IMG/VR virus record: IMGVR_UViG_3300045988_163836
Length of the DNA stretch: 60,226 nt
Source of the DNA: a virus
Direction: 5' to 3' (one strand)
A program made the position numbers and the translations under genes. A model generated the notes under the pieces. The model was not told the origin of the DNA. It saw nothing but the letters and a program-made list of their open reading frames with translations, and did no database searches. This document shows, piece by piece, positions 41,199 through 54,635 of this stretch. Each line of letters starts with the position of its first letter. Position 1 is the stretch's first letter.

Positions 41199-43928
41199 TT
41201 GGCAAAACAAACAATTACTTTAACTAATTTATTAACTAATCCAAGTTTTGAAAAGACAGGTTGGACTGCTAATTCAGCTTGCTCAGTTAGTTACGCCACC
41301 TCTCCTAAACATTCCGGCTCTTATAGCTTAAAAGTCACATCTACCTCAAGTTCTGAATCATTAATTGTAACCTCTGACACATATGCTATCAGAAAAAATC
41401 ATATATATTATATAAGTGTTTATTTTTATGAAACTGTTAATGTATGTTCTGAAATGCAATGTTATTGGCCAATAGCAGAACCATTAGTAGGTATTGCTAA
41501 AGTAGATAAAACTAAATTAAATCAATGGCAGCGATTAAGTTGGCATAATGTACGTGCTAACTGGAATGATAATTAGACAGCTCAATTTAGATTTGATTTT
41601 GAAGGCATGGTGGGAAATACAGTAGCATATATTGATGATGCTATGCTTATTGATTTAACTGCTGCATTCGGCACAGGTAATGAACCTACTCAGGAATGGT
41701 GCAATACTAATATTGAATATTTTACTGGTAATAAAACAATTCAATATGAAGCTCCTAATAAATATGATTTAACTGTTACAACTCCTACAAAAATATAGAC
41801 TGGTGATATATTAAATTGTCCTTATAGTGGGTCTATGAAATCAGTAATTCTTCCAAAAGGATAGTATCAATTAGAATGCTGGGGCGCCTAGGGAGGCAAT
41901 GGAACTAATAATACTTCCTAGCCTGGCGGTAAAGGCGGTTATAGTAAAGGAATTATAACTCTAAATAAGAAAACTAATTTATATTTATATACCGGTGGAT
42001 AGGGCCTTAATGGAACTACTTATAATTCAAATGGAGCAACCACTGCTGGAGGATTCAATGGAGGCGGTTCTGCTACCTCAGTTAATAGTCGAGGAAGCGG
42101 TGGCGGCGGCACAGATATTCGCATTGCTGTCGATTCTTTATATGCTAGAGTTTTAGTCGCTGGTGGTGGCAGTGGTTCTAGTGGCTATACTAGTTTGGCT
42201 GGTTTTGCTGGTGGAGGAATATCAGGCAAGACATATAATAATCAAGACTCATCTAGTGGTGGCAGCTGGTATGGTGGTGGTGGTAGCCAAACCTAGGGTG
42301 GTGCAGCAAATACTAGTTATTCTAATTATACTACTGCAGGAAGCTTCGGACAAGGTGGAAATTATAATAGTGGTTCAAACACTTATTATGGCTCAGGAGG
42401 GGGCGGCGGCTGGTATGGCGGCGGTGGTGCTATCGGTGTTGGAGGTGGTGGTTCTGGTTATATGTACACTTCCAGCTCAGCCTCTTATTATCCTTCTGGT
42501 TGTTTATTGAATTCATCTTATTATTTAACTAATGCTACTATATTAGCAGGAAATGCTGCATTTATTTCTCCAACAGGTACAAGTGAAACAGGCCATGCAG
42601 GTAATGGCTATATACGTATTACCGTTATAGAAGCTAGTTCTGGAAATACTTTAGTGAAAACTACTTCGAATAATTGGAAAGAACCAGTACAAATGTTCGT
42701 AAATACTGGAAGTAGTACTACTATTTCTAGTGGATTAGTTGAATTAGAATACATTGAAAGTACCGGTACACAATATATTGACACTGGCATTAAAGCTTCA
42801 AAAAACCTAAAGGTTGAAGCTGATATAGATGTATCTGCTGCGAGTGGATGGGTTATGATACTAGGTGATTATACTAGTGGTTCATATTTTTCTTGGTGGA
42901 GACAAAATACGACTATGTATGCTTATTATGGAAGTAATAATAAAACGCTTGCAGAATTAACTGGGAAAAGAAAATATATTTCAAATAATACTAATAATAT
43001 ATGGAGCATTGACACTAGCAAAATAACTGTTACTCCAAATTCTAGTGATTTCTCAAAGGATGGAAATAATTTATATTTATTTAGTGTAAATAATGGTGGC
43101 AATTATAATAAAGCTTCAATGAAATTATATTCTTGTAAAATATATGATAATGGTACATTAGTTCGTGATTTCATCCCAGCTAGAAGGATATCTGATGGGA
43201 AAGCTGGCTTATGGGATAAAGTTAATCTTAAATTTTATACTGATGAAAATGGTGGCAATTTTACAGCAGGCACAGAAAAATCTGCTATTGCAGCAATAGG
43301 AACACCGATTGAATATATATAGTCTAGTGGCACATAGTATATTGATAGTAATTTTATTCCCAAAGCTACAACTCGCACTATTATGAAAGCTGAACCAATG
43401 TCTTGGAGTACTTGGGGTGCATTTTTTGGCACAAGAAATGCTACTTCTCCTACTGCTTCTCAAGCTTATAATGCTGCAATTCCAGCCGCTACATTATATC
43501 GTAGTGATTATTTTGGTTCATCATTAACTGCTGAAACTCCTACTGTTATGCAAATAACAAATATTGATAAAAATAAAAATATATGTTCATTTAATAATAT
43601 TATGATTACCAATACTTCTAGCACAGTAAATGCTACAACTAATATGTTTTTATTGGCATTAAATGATGTTGGAACCGCTAAATACTTTTTAAGTGCAAAA
43701 TTATATTCTTGTCAAATTTATGATGGAAACACTTTAGTCCGCGATTTTATTCCAGTTAAAACTACAACTAATATTTATGGTCTATGGGATAAAATAAATA
43801 AAGTATTCTATAAAAACGCCGGAACAGGCACCTTCACTGGCGGACCTGCTGTTACCTTGACCGGCTGGCATAAAATAAAAGGTATATGGGCAAAAACTGC
43901 CGCAAACACATGGAGTTAGGCATTATAA
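41199..43928 (+). CDS. giant Gly-rich fibre/receptor-binding protein with duplicated C-terminal domain (TTG start, about 15 TAG), about 909 aa
   Basis: Track ORFs 41199, 41607, 42462 and 43383 are all in frame 0. The G-rich segment 41877-42460 holds TAGs and Gly runs. The duplicated C-terminal module has shared motifs such as GTQYIDTGI/GTQYIDSNF and KLYSC(K/Q)IYD(N)GTLVRDFIP, with GLWDK. Confidence 0.55.
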
Positions 43929-44011
43929 AATTTGATTTTTAAAAAATTATTTTATATAATATAAATGTAAATAAGAAATAAATTTTTTATTTACAGCATT
44001 TAACTCACCCC

Positions 44012-44050
44012 CTTTCTTGAATAGGACATAATAATTAAATTATTATGTCC
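44012..44050 (+). terminator. terminator
   Basis: aataggacataataatt aaattattatgtcctatttttt. Confidence 0.6.
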
Positions 44051-44097
44051 TATTTTTTATTTATATAAGAAAGAAAAAGTAAGAAGGAGGTATACAA

Positions 44098-44532
44098 ATG
44101 GCTTCAAAAACTAGTACAAATTTAAATACTCTTTCTATCAATCAAATCCCTACTAGAGCTTTATATAGACAATTAAAAGAGGATAATTAGTTAAATGAAG
44201 AACAATCATTAGTAATTATAGACGATGATTTTGAATAGCGTCTTTATAAAGATGAAGTAAATGTAATGAGCGCCAATGGTAAAATTTAGATGGCGAATAA
44301 CTATGTCCCAATATCTGGTAATGATATAGCTACTAAAAATTATGTGGATAATAGTAATCCAACTATAACTCCTACTGTTGGTTTTACGTCAAACAATTAG
44401 ATTTATATTGGGACTACTGCTCCTTCTTCTTCATCTGCTCTTATTTGGGTAGATATTTCTAGTAATGGAGTATTGAAATATCGTACATCATCAAGCGATT
44501 CATGGAAACCTATCCCAGTTGCTTGGGGCTAA
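44098..44532 (+). CDS. fibre-like protein (TAG-containing)
   Basis: C-terminus ALIWVDISSNGVLKYRTSSSDSWKPIPVAWG is homologous to the 38737 gene C-terminus. Confidence 0.5.
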
Positions 44533-44556
44533 TAAAAAATAAAAGGAGAAAGAAAA

Positions 44557-44880
44557 ATGAAAATTATAATTAATAATTTAGTTGATAAACCTATTGATAA
44601 TTTAAGTTTTGTTACAGAACGAGCTTACCATCCTGCTTCTGATGATTAGCCAAAAACAATGTTTTTATTAGAAGCAGCTAGAGGAAATGTGCCATCTAAT
44701 TATAATATAAAACAAATGTTAGGATGGCTTATGGAATTAGATAAAATTGAAAATATAAAAGTTTATAATGATAATGAAGAACTAATTTGGGAATATAATA
44801 ATTATAATAAAGTAGATGAAATTTTTATTATGAATGATAATGGAGTCCAAATTAATAATTTAATTATTCATTTTGTTTAA
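44557..44880 (+). CDS. hypothetical protein
   Basis: Track ORFs joined by TAG; terminator 44889-44927. Confidence 0.45.
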
Positions 44881-44953
44881 CATCAATGCTTGAAAAGCTT
44901 GTTCTTAAAATTTGCTTTTCAAGCATTTTTTTTATATAATAATAAAAAAAGAA

Positions 44954-46946
44954 GGTGAATAAAATAAATTAGTATAGAGATGGACCTACTAGAGCATTTT
45001 GGCCTACAGTTTTTGATGGATTTGAATTAGAAATTCATTTAGTAGACCATTGCAACTTACAATGTAATAATTGTAATCATTTTTCTCCTTTGGCTTCTCC
45101 ATTTTTTATTACTTACGAAGATTTTCAAAATTAGCTAAAATTAGTAAAAAAAACTTTGCCTTCTATTAAAGTTTTAATGCTATTAGGGGGAGAACCATTT
45201 TTACATCCTAATTTAATAGAATTATGTTAGATAGCTAGAAATATTCTCCCAGAGATAGAAATAAAGATATTAACTAATGGTATAATTTTAAATAATTATG
45301 ATACAAAAAAATTAAAAAAATTAGAAGAATTAAATATACATATAAGTATTTCTAAATATCCTAATCAAGACTACAAAGATTTTAGCAATAATAAAAATAT
45401 CTCATATTTAAATGATAGATTTTTCTTTGATTAGACATTGGTTGACCCTTTAGGTAAACAAGATAATAAAACTCGTATATATAGTTGTCCAAATAGGATT
45501 CCTTGCTTTACATTAAAAGATTTTAAAATATATTTTTGTCAGTTTGGGGCACACATAAATAATTTTTGTAATTATTTTTTTAAACAAATTCCATTAATAG
45601 AAAATAAAGATTTTATAAAACTAACAGAAAAAACAAATTTACAAGATTTATAGAATTTAAAATTATGTGAAAAAAATATATGTAAATATTGTCGGCCAGG
45701 AGATGTGGTTGATTGGGATCAATCGACTAAAACTTATGATGAATATACTAAAACAGAAAAAGAATTATTCTTAACAAATTATAATGAATATTATAAAAAA
45801 TTTGTTGATTTTTCTAATTTTTAGGATTTTTCAAAAAAGAAATCTTGGAATAACGTTGATTCTTGGTATGCTCCTGATAAAATGAGGACATTTAGAAAGC
45901 GCAACGAAGGAAAAATTGATATTATAATTCCTTTTTATACAATAAATAAAATATATTTTTAGAAATGTTTAGATTCTGTCTTTAAACAAAGTATTATTAA
46001 TGATTGTGTAATCTATTTAATTAGTGATAATTCTCCAGATAAAAAATATGTATATGAATTTTATAAAACTTATAATAATATATACAATATAATATTATTA
46101 GATACTTAGAAAACTAAATCAGGCCCTGCATCAGCTAGGACTCTAGGAATTAATAATAGCTTCAATAAGTATTTTTTCTGTTTAGATAGTGATGATTATT
46201 TTTATGATAATAAGGCTTTAGAAAATTTATATATATATGCTGAAAATAATAATTATGGAATTGTAAATGGATAGACCTATGATAAAAATGAATTTATCCA
46301 TGACGCTCATAGTTATTTATATAATAGAGAATTTTTTATAAAAAATAATTTTTCTTATGGCAAATTTATTTATAATGAAGATAGATTTTTATCATTATAG
46401 ATTTTTGATTTTTATAATGGTGCAATTCCCTTCTTAGAATAGCCTATTTACGTATATAATAGAAATAATGAAAGTATGGGTAAAGATATTAATTTTTTAT
46501 ATATGACAATAAATGAATTAATTGTTTTTACTTATTTTTATAGACAATATTTAACAAATAAAAAATATGAAAATAATCATTTTATTTTCGAACATATTTT
46601 TAATAAAATTATTGTAAATTTATCTATAATAGAAGAAGTAACTGATAAAGACAAAGAATATCTAAAAGATATAAAACAAGAAGAAGCAATTTGTTTAAGT
46701 CTTATTTGTTTAATTTTAATTAATGATAAAATTTTGTTTAATAAGTTATCATTGTTTTATAAAGATTTATTAAATAAAATAAAAAAAGAAGATTTTATTA
46801 AATTAAATAATACTGTATTATTTAATTTAAATAGTCTATTTAATAAAGGAAATCATATACTTGATAATAATAAACTAATTAAACAATTTATTAACAAAGA
46901 GTATATTGATTTTATAAAATACGAGGAGGAAAAATATGGCAATTAG
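44954..46946 (+). CDS. radical SAM domain fused to family-2 glycosyltransferase (about 12 TAG)
   Basis: HCNLQCNNCNH (CX3CX2C), LLGGEPFLHP; GT2 motifs ISDNSPDKKY and CLDSDDYFYD (DxD). Probable GTG start. Confidence 0.55.
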
Positions 46947-47451
46947 TTCAAACTCTAAAATAAATTGGAGTGATATTTAGACTATTTTTACTAATTTAAA
47001 TACCGCAAGAAAAAAATTTTTCCCTAGTTAGAGTGATTTTCAAGCGACTCCTGGAGGATAGTCAACACAAGCTATGGCTCAATTAGCTCAGAATTTAAAT
47101 AAGTATATAGAATCTTTTTCCAGTAGCAGTTATGTTGGTTCAAGAGCAAATATTAGTGAAAATCCTCCTTCGGCAGGAGATTTAATTAGTCCTATTATTT
47201 TTAATAGATTTACTACTACAATTAGAAGCATAAATGATACTTGCGCTCATGATGCGAGTTATAATGCTAGCCATAGAGGTAGTGGATATAATAGTAGTTG
47301 GGATAGTTCTGATTATGGAGCAGGATGGGATACTTCTTATAATTCTTCTCATGATGGTTCAGGTTATCATTCTTCCTATTGGTCAGGGGTTAATCAAACC
47401 TGGTGTTCATCTCATGGATGCTCTAGTCATTACGGTTCTAGGCACACTTAA
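46936..47451 (+). CDS. Ser/His/Tyr/Gly-rich small protein (candidate modification substrate)
   Basis: 171 aa with 3 TAG; C-terminal half is low-complexity: SYNASHRGSGYNSSWDSSDYGAGWDTSYNSSHDGSGYHSSYWSG. Confidence 0.45.
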
Positions 47452-47471
47452 CATTTAAAGGAGAAAAAGGA

Positions 47472-48905
47472 ATGAAATATATATCGGATTTTTCAATAGA
47501 AGAATTATCTATTATTGGAGCTTGTGGATGTAATTTAAATTGTAAATATTGTCATTCAGCTTAGGCTGTAAATGAATATAGTAAATAGTTACAAGAATAG
47601 ACTATAAAGGCTCTTAAAGATGGAAGTTATTTATAGAATATTAAAAATGTTATGAAAAAATTAGAAGTTGATCCATTAAATATCCATAAAATAAGTTTTT
47701 GGGGTCAAGAACCTACATTAGTATTAGAACATTTTACTAAAAATTTAAAAGATTTTTTTGAATTATGTCCCAATATTAATGAATTTTTTACTTCTACTAA
47801 TGGTATGGCTAATACTGATAAAATAATTGATTTTTTAAAAACTTTTGATAATTTAACTAAAAAACATTCATTTATTTGTATTTAGTTTTCTTATGATGGA
47901 GATTATAGTACTGATAATGTAAGAAGAGCTAATTCTAAAGTAGTATATAATAATTTAAAATATTTAATAGAAACTTTAAATACAATTCGTTTTAATAATA
48001 TTACTATTGCTCTTAATACTCATGGAGTTATTAGTAATGAACTCATAAATCATTTTAATAATAATTACAAAGAAATAGAATAGTATTTTATTTAGGCTAA
48101 TGAAAAAATTCAATATTTAACTAATTTAAATCTAAATAAATCTGTTTTTATCAAAAATACTATAAATTTCTCTAGCGAATTACCTATTAATACTTCTAGC
48201 ATTGATGGTATTAATTGGAGTAATTTTATAAAAATTTGTAAATCAATTGGAGAACATTATCCAGAAATTAATAATCCAGATAAAGACTCTATTGAAGGAT
48301 TATTGTGTTTACCTCGAAAAGCAAAAAAATTTTTATTAAAAAATTTGGAATGTTCTAATTTAGATGAAGCTCTTGATAAAGTTTTAGCATTCTCTAATAA
48401 AGAATTAAAGAATTATAATAGAAACTTAACTCCATTCTTATATTGCGGAGAAAAAACAGGAAGCTTAAAACTTTTATATGATGGAACATTAGTAAATTGT
48501 TAGAGTTCTCTTTATGATACTAATCCAGAATATATTAATACTAATGATAAAATTGGGATTATTAAGCAATTTGCCGCAAATCATCATAATTATATAAATC
48601 CATTGAAAGATAAAGATGAAGATATAAAAAATTGTTGTTTTTTATTTGAAACTTTATCTGTATCTAGTTTTTTTTATGTATATAATTAGATTGTTTCTTT
48701 ATTATGTAATTTACGAGAAGTGCATTAGATAAGTCAAAAATTTAATGATGATAAATTTTTAATGAAAGCAGCATTATTATTAGTACCTATACATTCTTGC
48801 TTTTTTAACAGTTTAATCAGTACTGGTTCTTATTTCTTTAGAGATAGTGGATTTTTAAGAAGATATTGTAATGGAATTATTGAAGAAGTTTTGGAGGAAA
48901 AATAA
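47472..48905 (+). CDS. radical SAM / SPASM-like enzyme (multiple TAG)
   Basis: GACGCNLNCKYCH, GQEPTL; Cys-rich C-terminus. Confidence 0.55.
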
Positions 48906-50275
48906 TGATAACAACGTCTATTGATTTCCAATAGGAAGAAAATATTCTATTTTAGAATTTTATTTTTAATCATGAATTAAAAAAGATGGAAAATGAAATA
49001 TTAGAATTAATTATAAGACAAGACTGTAATCAAAAATGTGATTATTGTTATATAACTAATTATGGCAAAGAATTATATCCAGAACATTTTTCTAATTCTT
49101 AGATATTAGATAATTTAAAATTATTATTAGATTATTTTGATAAAAAACAAATAAAACCTTTAGAATGGTCATTATTCGCCGGAGATTTATTTTATGATGG
49201 ATTAATTTTTGAAATACTAGATGTATTTTTTCCGTATTTAAAAAAATGGTATGAATTTGCTTATAAAATAAAAGAAAAAGGTAAACTAGTAATACCTACT
49301 AATGGTAGTTTTATTTCTGATAATGAAAAAGTAATAAAAATAAAAAAATATATCCAAAAGATGAAAGATATAAATGTAGAAATTCATTTTTCATTTTCTA
49401 CTGATGGGCCGTATAGCACTGAATTTAGAGAACATAAAGATTTAAATGATGAATATTTTAATAAATTATTTGAATTTGCTACAGAAAATAATGATGGCTT
49501 CCATCCTATGATTTCTAGCCAAAATGTTGATAAAGCCATTAAAACTTATGATTGGTTTAAAAAGAAATTAAAAGAATACAATTCATGGTAGAAAACTCCT
49601 TATATGTTAGAAGTTCGAAATAATAATTGGACTCAAGAATCTATAGAGAATTATAAAAAATTCTTAAAACATATCTTTGAAGATAGATTGAATGATTGCA
49701 ATAATGATATTAATACTATGGCTTATGCAATGTTTAAAGGGGATGGGGCTAATAATACTCCTACATTTAATGAGCACAATGGAGATCCTATACGATTAAT
49801 GAATTTATCAGATAAAGAAGACAGACATAACCGAATAAGCTGTGCATTGTAGTCTACTGTCCATATAAGGGTTGGAGATTTAGCTATCGTTCCTTGTCAT
49901 CGTACTTGTTATAATCATTTAATTGGTGGACATTTTAAAATAAATGATGAAAAAACAGAGATAATTGATTTAATAAGTGATAATGCCACAGCTTATATAG
50001 GAATGAAATCTTTTAACCCTGTTTATGCTCCAAGATGTTTAGAATGCTGGTGTAGAGATGTCTGTATTAAAGGATGTTTGGGAGCTTAGATAGAAACTTA
50101 TGGTGATTTTTCTATCCCTTGTTTATCAGTTTGTAATTTATTTCAAGAAAAATATAATTATTTATTTAAATTATATTTTGAAACTGGAGTTTTGAAAAGT
50201 GCGAAAGATCAAAAAATATTACCAAAAGTAATAGAAAACATAGCTATAGAATTGGGGTATGATTTAAATGGATAA
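48905..50275 (+). CDS. radical SAM / SPASM-domain enzyme (multiple TAG)
   Basis: RQDCNQKCDYCY; C-terminal CHRTCYNH...CLECWCRDVCIKGC. An alternative start is ATG 48986. Confidence 0.55.
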
Positions 50276-50527
50276 TTTAGATAATATTTTAAAAGAAATT
50301 ACAAATAATATTATAAAAGAAAATAAGGGATATATGGATTTATTATTTGTTATATACAATAATATGGTTACTTTAGAAGAACCAAATCCAGAAGTCAATA
50401 AAAAAATAATTTATACCTTAGCAAATTTATTATAGAATTAGGATTTACGACTAAAAGATTTAAATATAGATTATTCAAAAGAATTAAATAAATTAACAAA
50501 TTAGCTATATTCTATAGGAGAATAAAA

Positions 50528-51376
50528 TTGATTAAATTTACCTTACCTGATTTTTACTATTTTCATACTGTAAATGATAAATTTATTAATTTATCAAGAA
50601 GCCATACTAATTGGCTTCTTGATAAAAACATAGTTTTTTCCTATATTAGAGGGACATTCCCTTATAATATTTGGAATGGAGGATTAAATAACATGGTTGG
50701 TGATACTTTATTGTATCCTAATATAGAATTAATAATTAAGCAAAGTAATTTACCTTTGTGGTTAGATTTTTCTAATATTTTATTAGAAAAATCAGATTTC
50801 TATGATGTAATGAGTAATGTAATTTTAAAATTATTACCAAATAATTGCATTTTTGAAATTAGTAATTTAGATTTATTAAATTATATAAATAACAAATTTC
50901 CTAATTTGAAATATGTTATTTCTAAAAATGCTAATATCTTATATCCTCTTACTCCCGATATTATAAATAATTTTCATCAAAATTTAAATCCATTATATAT
51001 AATAATCCCTAACGAGTTTAAAACTTCACAGCAATATTTAAATGAAATTAATAATAAAGAAAATATTATAATTCCAGTTAATAATCTTTGTAATCCAAAA
51101 TGTAAAAATTATTTTCAATGTCCAATAGTAGAAAATAATAATATATTAAATTATACATTTGAACCTACATTTTGTAATTGTAAAAATTCTATAAATAATA
51201 AACAATATATAACGATTAAAGAAATTAAAGATATTTATATCCCTATGGGTATCACTAATTTTTTAATAGATTATTTCTCTAACAATGAAAATGAATACGG
51301 TCTATTTTTAATTAATTATTTTATTAAACCAGAATTTAAAGAATATGCCTTTCAAGAATTATTTATAAGGAGATAA
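50528..51376 (+). CDS. paralog triad member A (unknown function)
   Basis: MIKFTLPDFYYF...WNGGLNN; paralogous to 51387 and 53695. Confidence 0.5.
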   Translation: MIKFTLPDFYYFHTVNDKFINLSRSHTNWLLDKNIVFSYIRGTFPYNIWNGGLNNMVGDTLLYPNIELIIKQSNLPLWLDFSNILLEKSDFYDVMSNVILKLLPNNCIFEISNLDLLNYINNKFPNLKYVISKNANILYPLTPDIINNFHQNLNPLYIIIPNEFKTSQQYLNEINNKENIIIPVNNLCNPKCKNYFQCPIVENNNILNYTFEPTFCNCKNSINNKQYITIKEIKDIYIPMGITNFLIDYFSNNENEYGLFLINYFIKPEFKEYAFQELFIRR

Positions 51377-51386
51377 AATATAAGTA

Positions 51387-52319
51387 ATGATTAATTTTAA
51401 TTTACCAGGTATGTATGAAACATACCAATTAAATAAATTAACAATTGAACAACTTAATAAATAGCCAGAAATTTTTAATAAAAATATTACAATTCATGCT
51501 TGTTATGGAAATTTCCAATTTTGTTCTTGGGAAGGCGGCAGAACTTTTACTAATTTTAAAACTCATTAGGCTTTAAAGAAAGATATTGAGGAAATTTTTA
51601 ATTTTTATAATTCTTATAATATTGCGGTCAGATTAGTTTTTACAAATTAGTTATTAACTAAAGAAAATTATAATAATCGTTTTGAAAATCTCATTTTAGC
51701 TATTGGAAATAATGGATTGAATGAAATTGTAATTAATAATGAAGGGTTAGAAGAATATATTAGAAATAAATATAATAAGTATAATTTTATTTCTTCAACC
51801 ACTAAAAGAATTACAAATTTAGAACAAAGTTTAAATGAAATTAAGAAAGCTCAATATAAATTTATTTGTTTAGATTATGATTTAAATTCTAATATAGATT
51901 TTTTAAAACAAATTCCTTTAAATTTAAAAAATAAAATTGAATTATTATGTAATGCAATTTGTATTCCTAATTGTCCAAATCGTATTAATCATTATAAAAT
52001 CAATAGTGAATATGCTTTATCTTATGGAAAACCTTATACATTAAATTGTAAAGCAGTTAAAAGTGTTAATAGCCCAGAAGTTATTGCTTATAAGAATACA
52101 GTAACATTAGATAATATTTATAATTTGTATTATCCTCTTGGTATTGAATAGTATAAATTAGAGGGACGTTCTTTAAATTATATTGATAATATATGTACTT
52201 ATGCTCGATATTTATTATTACCAGAATACCAATATGATTTTATTGAACATTGTGTAACAGATATTTTAGGAGTCACTGATGAACGACAAATACTGCTTTG
52301 TAACACTTGCAACAACTGA
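51387..52319 (+). CDS. paralog triad member B (4 TAG)
   Basis: MINFNLPGMYETYQ...; in frame with track ORF 51717-52151 through TAGs. Confidence 0.5.
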
Positions 52320-52914
52320 TAAATATATTAAATGTGCTTGTGCCTTATATTTTTCATTAAAAAAAGTTAATAGTAAATATCCATTTTTACTATTAACTAC
52401 TAATAATGTATCAGATATTTATTTTAAAATTTTAAAAAAAAATAATATAAATTATAAAATAATAGAATAGCCAATTTATTTTTGTGGAGATTCTAATTTT
52501 TATAAAGATACCGCTAATAAATTTTTTATTTATACTTTAACTTAGTACAAAAAAATTTGTTTTATAGATGCTGATATTTTAATTGCTGAAAATATTGATA
52601 ATATTTTTGATTATCCAGATGGTAGTTTTTATGAAGTATATGATAACTAGGAATCTAAAGGACGATTAAGTGGCGGAATAGCTATAATAAAGCCAAATAA
52701 AAATTTATATAAATCAATATTATAGTTTTATATAAATTTTCAAACAGATGAAGAAATATTTAATATCTTATATCCTAAATATTATCATTTACCAAAATTT
52801 TATTATAAACATGATACTGACCATTATCCTGATAAATGGGCTTTTCATTTAACAATATTTAAAATAAAAAAATTAATTGAACATACAAAAAATTTAACTA
52901 TACTATTGAGGTAA
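52279..52914 (+). CDS. family-8 glycosyltransferase (4 TAG)
   Basis: CFVTLATTDKY...FIDADILI matches the LgtC/glycogenin-like GT8 N-terminal motif. Confidence 0.55.
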
Positions 52915-52916
52915 CT

Positions 52917-53663
52917 ATGGATTATTTTTTATATGGATTGATCGATGGTTCTTACCAGCATGGAATAAATAATAACACAAGTGATATAGATATTATTGAA
53001 ATCTATTCTTCTTTTATAAATATGGAAAAAGAATTAAAAAAAATTTCAAATTTTGATTTAAATTTAATTCCATAGGAATAGTCTAATAATTTTATGAAAA
53101 AATTTAATATTATAAATTGGAATCCTTCAAGGCGGATTTATACAGGAGAACATTTTATTTATAATTTATTTTATAATAATAACTATAGTTATTATAGATG
53201 GTTATTCCCTTATCATTATTTAAGTGATAATGAATTTACTTTAGAAATAAAAAAAATTAATGAAGATATAGTTAAAGAAAATTTACCAGTCATTTATTCT
53301 CAATTAATTAATGAAAGTAATAGATTATTTTAGACTGGATTACGAGAAAATTATTATAAATTAAAAAATTATTATAAATTAATTTATAAATCTTTTATTG
53401 ATCTAATAATAATAATTGAATATTATAAAACAAAAAGTTATAAACAAAGTTTATAGCTAGGAATGTATAAACCATATATTTTAGATATAAAAAATAATTT
53501 TAATAATTACAGTAATTTTGATTTTATAGTAAAAAGAAATGAACTTTTAAATAAAATTTCAGAAATAAAAAATTTTTATTTAAATGCTCCTACTAACACA
53601 AAATATCAAAATTAGTTAATTCAAAAAATGGAGAATACAAATTATTCAAAATTTTATATTTGA
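52917..53663 (+). CDS. nucleotidyltransferase-like protein (TAG-containing)
   Basis: GSYQHGINNNTSDIDII minimal NTase motif. Confidence 0.45.
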
Positions 53664-53694
53664 TAAAAAGTAAAAAATATTATATAATTTAAAT

Positions 53695-54570
53695 ATGAAA
53701 AAAATAAATTTAAATTGTCCGGGATTTTATACTGGATTTAATATATATAAAACTCTTTTAGAATTACAATAGACAGCTCCAGAATGTTTCAATTTTAATG
53801 TAGCTATAGAGAGTATATTCGATACATTCCCAAATATGATTTGGAATGGAGGAACTGTCAATCAAGGCTATCAACCTTCATTAGAAAAAATAAAAGAAAT
53901 TATTGATTTTTATTATGGAAATAATATAGAAATTGCTTTAACCTTAACAAATCCATTATTAACAAAAGAAGACTTGTATGATAGATATTGTAATAAAATC
54001 GTTTCCTTATGTGAAAATGAAAATAATTCAATTTTAGTTTCTTCCTCTATTTTAGAAGAATATATAAGAAATAAATATCCTAAATTTAAAATTAAAAGAA
54101 GTATAATAGCTTCAAATAAAAATACAGATTATTTGTCTCTTTTAAATAAATATGATAAAATTGTTTTACCTCGAAGACAAATAAAAGATTTTAAGTTTTT
54201 AGAATCAATTCCAATAGAAGTAAGAAATAGATTTGAACTTTTATGCAATGACCCTTGCCCGATTATTTGTCCATATTTATATAAACATTATAATGGATTT
54301 GCTAAAATAACTTTATATGAAGAAGTAACTTCAAAAGATATTTTAAAATGTAAAACATTAAAAAGTGATGATCCTTTAAAGAATTTTCATTATAAGAATG
54401 ATCAAATTACTTATAATGAAATATGTGAAAAATATTTACCATTATTTTATAACAGCTTTAAATTAAGCGGTCGAAATGATGTATTCACTATAATTTTTTC
54501 AATAGTTCCTTTTTTCTTTAAGCAAGAATATCAATTAGAATTAGCACATTATTTATGTTGTATAATTTGA
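53695..54570 (+). CDS. paralog triad member C
   Basis: MKKINLNCPGFYTGFNIYK...MIWNGGTVNQGYQP. Confidence 0.5.
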
Positions 54571-54635
54571 AAATTTAAAAAAAATTTTATATAATATATA
54601 TAGAAATTGAGGGAAAAATAAATTCTCTCTTAAAT

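Noticed and set aside
42163-42510. Track ORF MVAVVLVAILV... in the Gly-rich region
   Set aside because: It is in a frame different from the flanking in-frame fibre ORFs (41607, 42462). The true gene is frame 0 with TAG read-through. This ORF arises from the repetitive GGT/GGC run.
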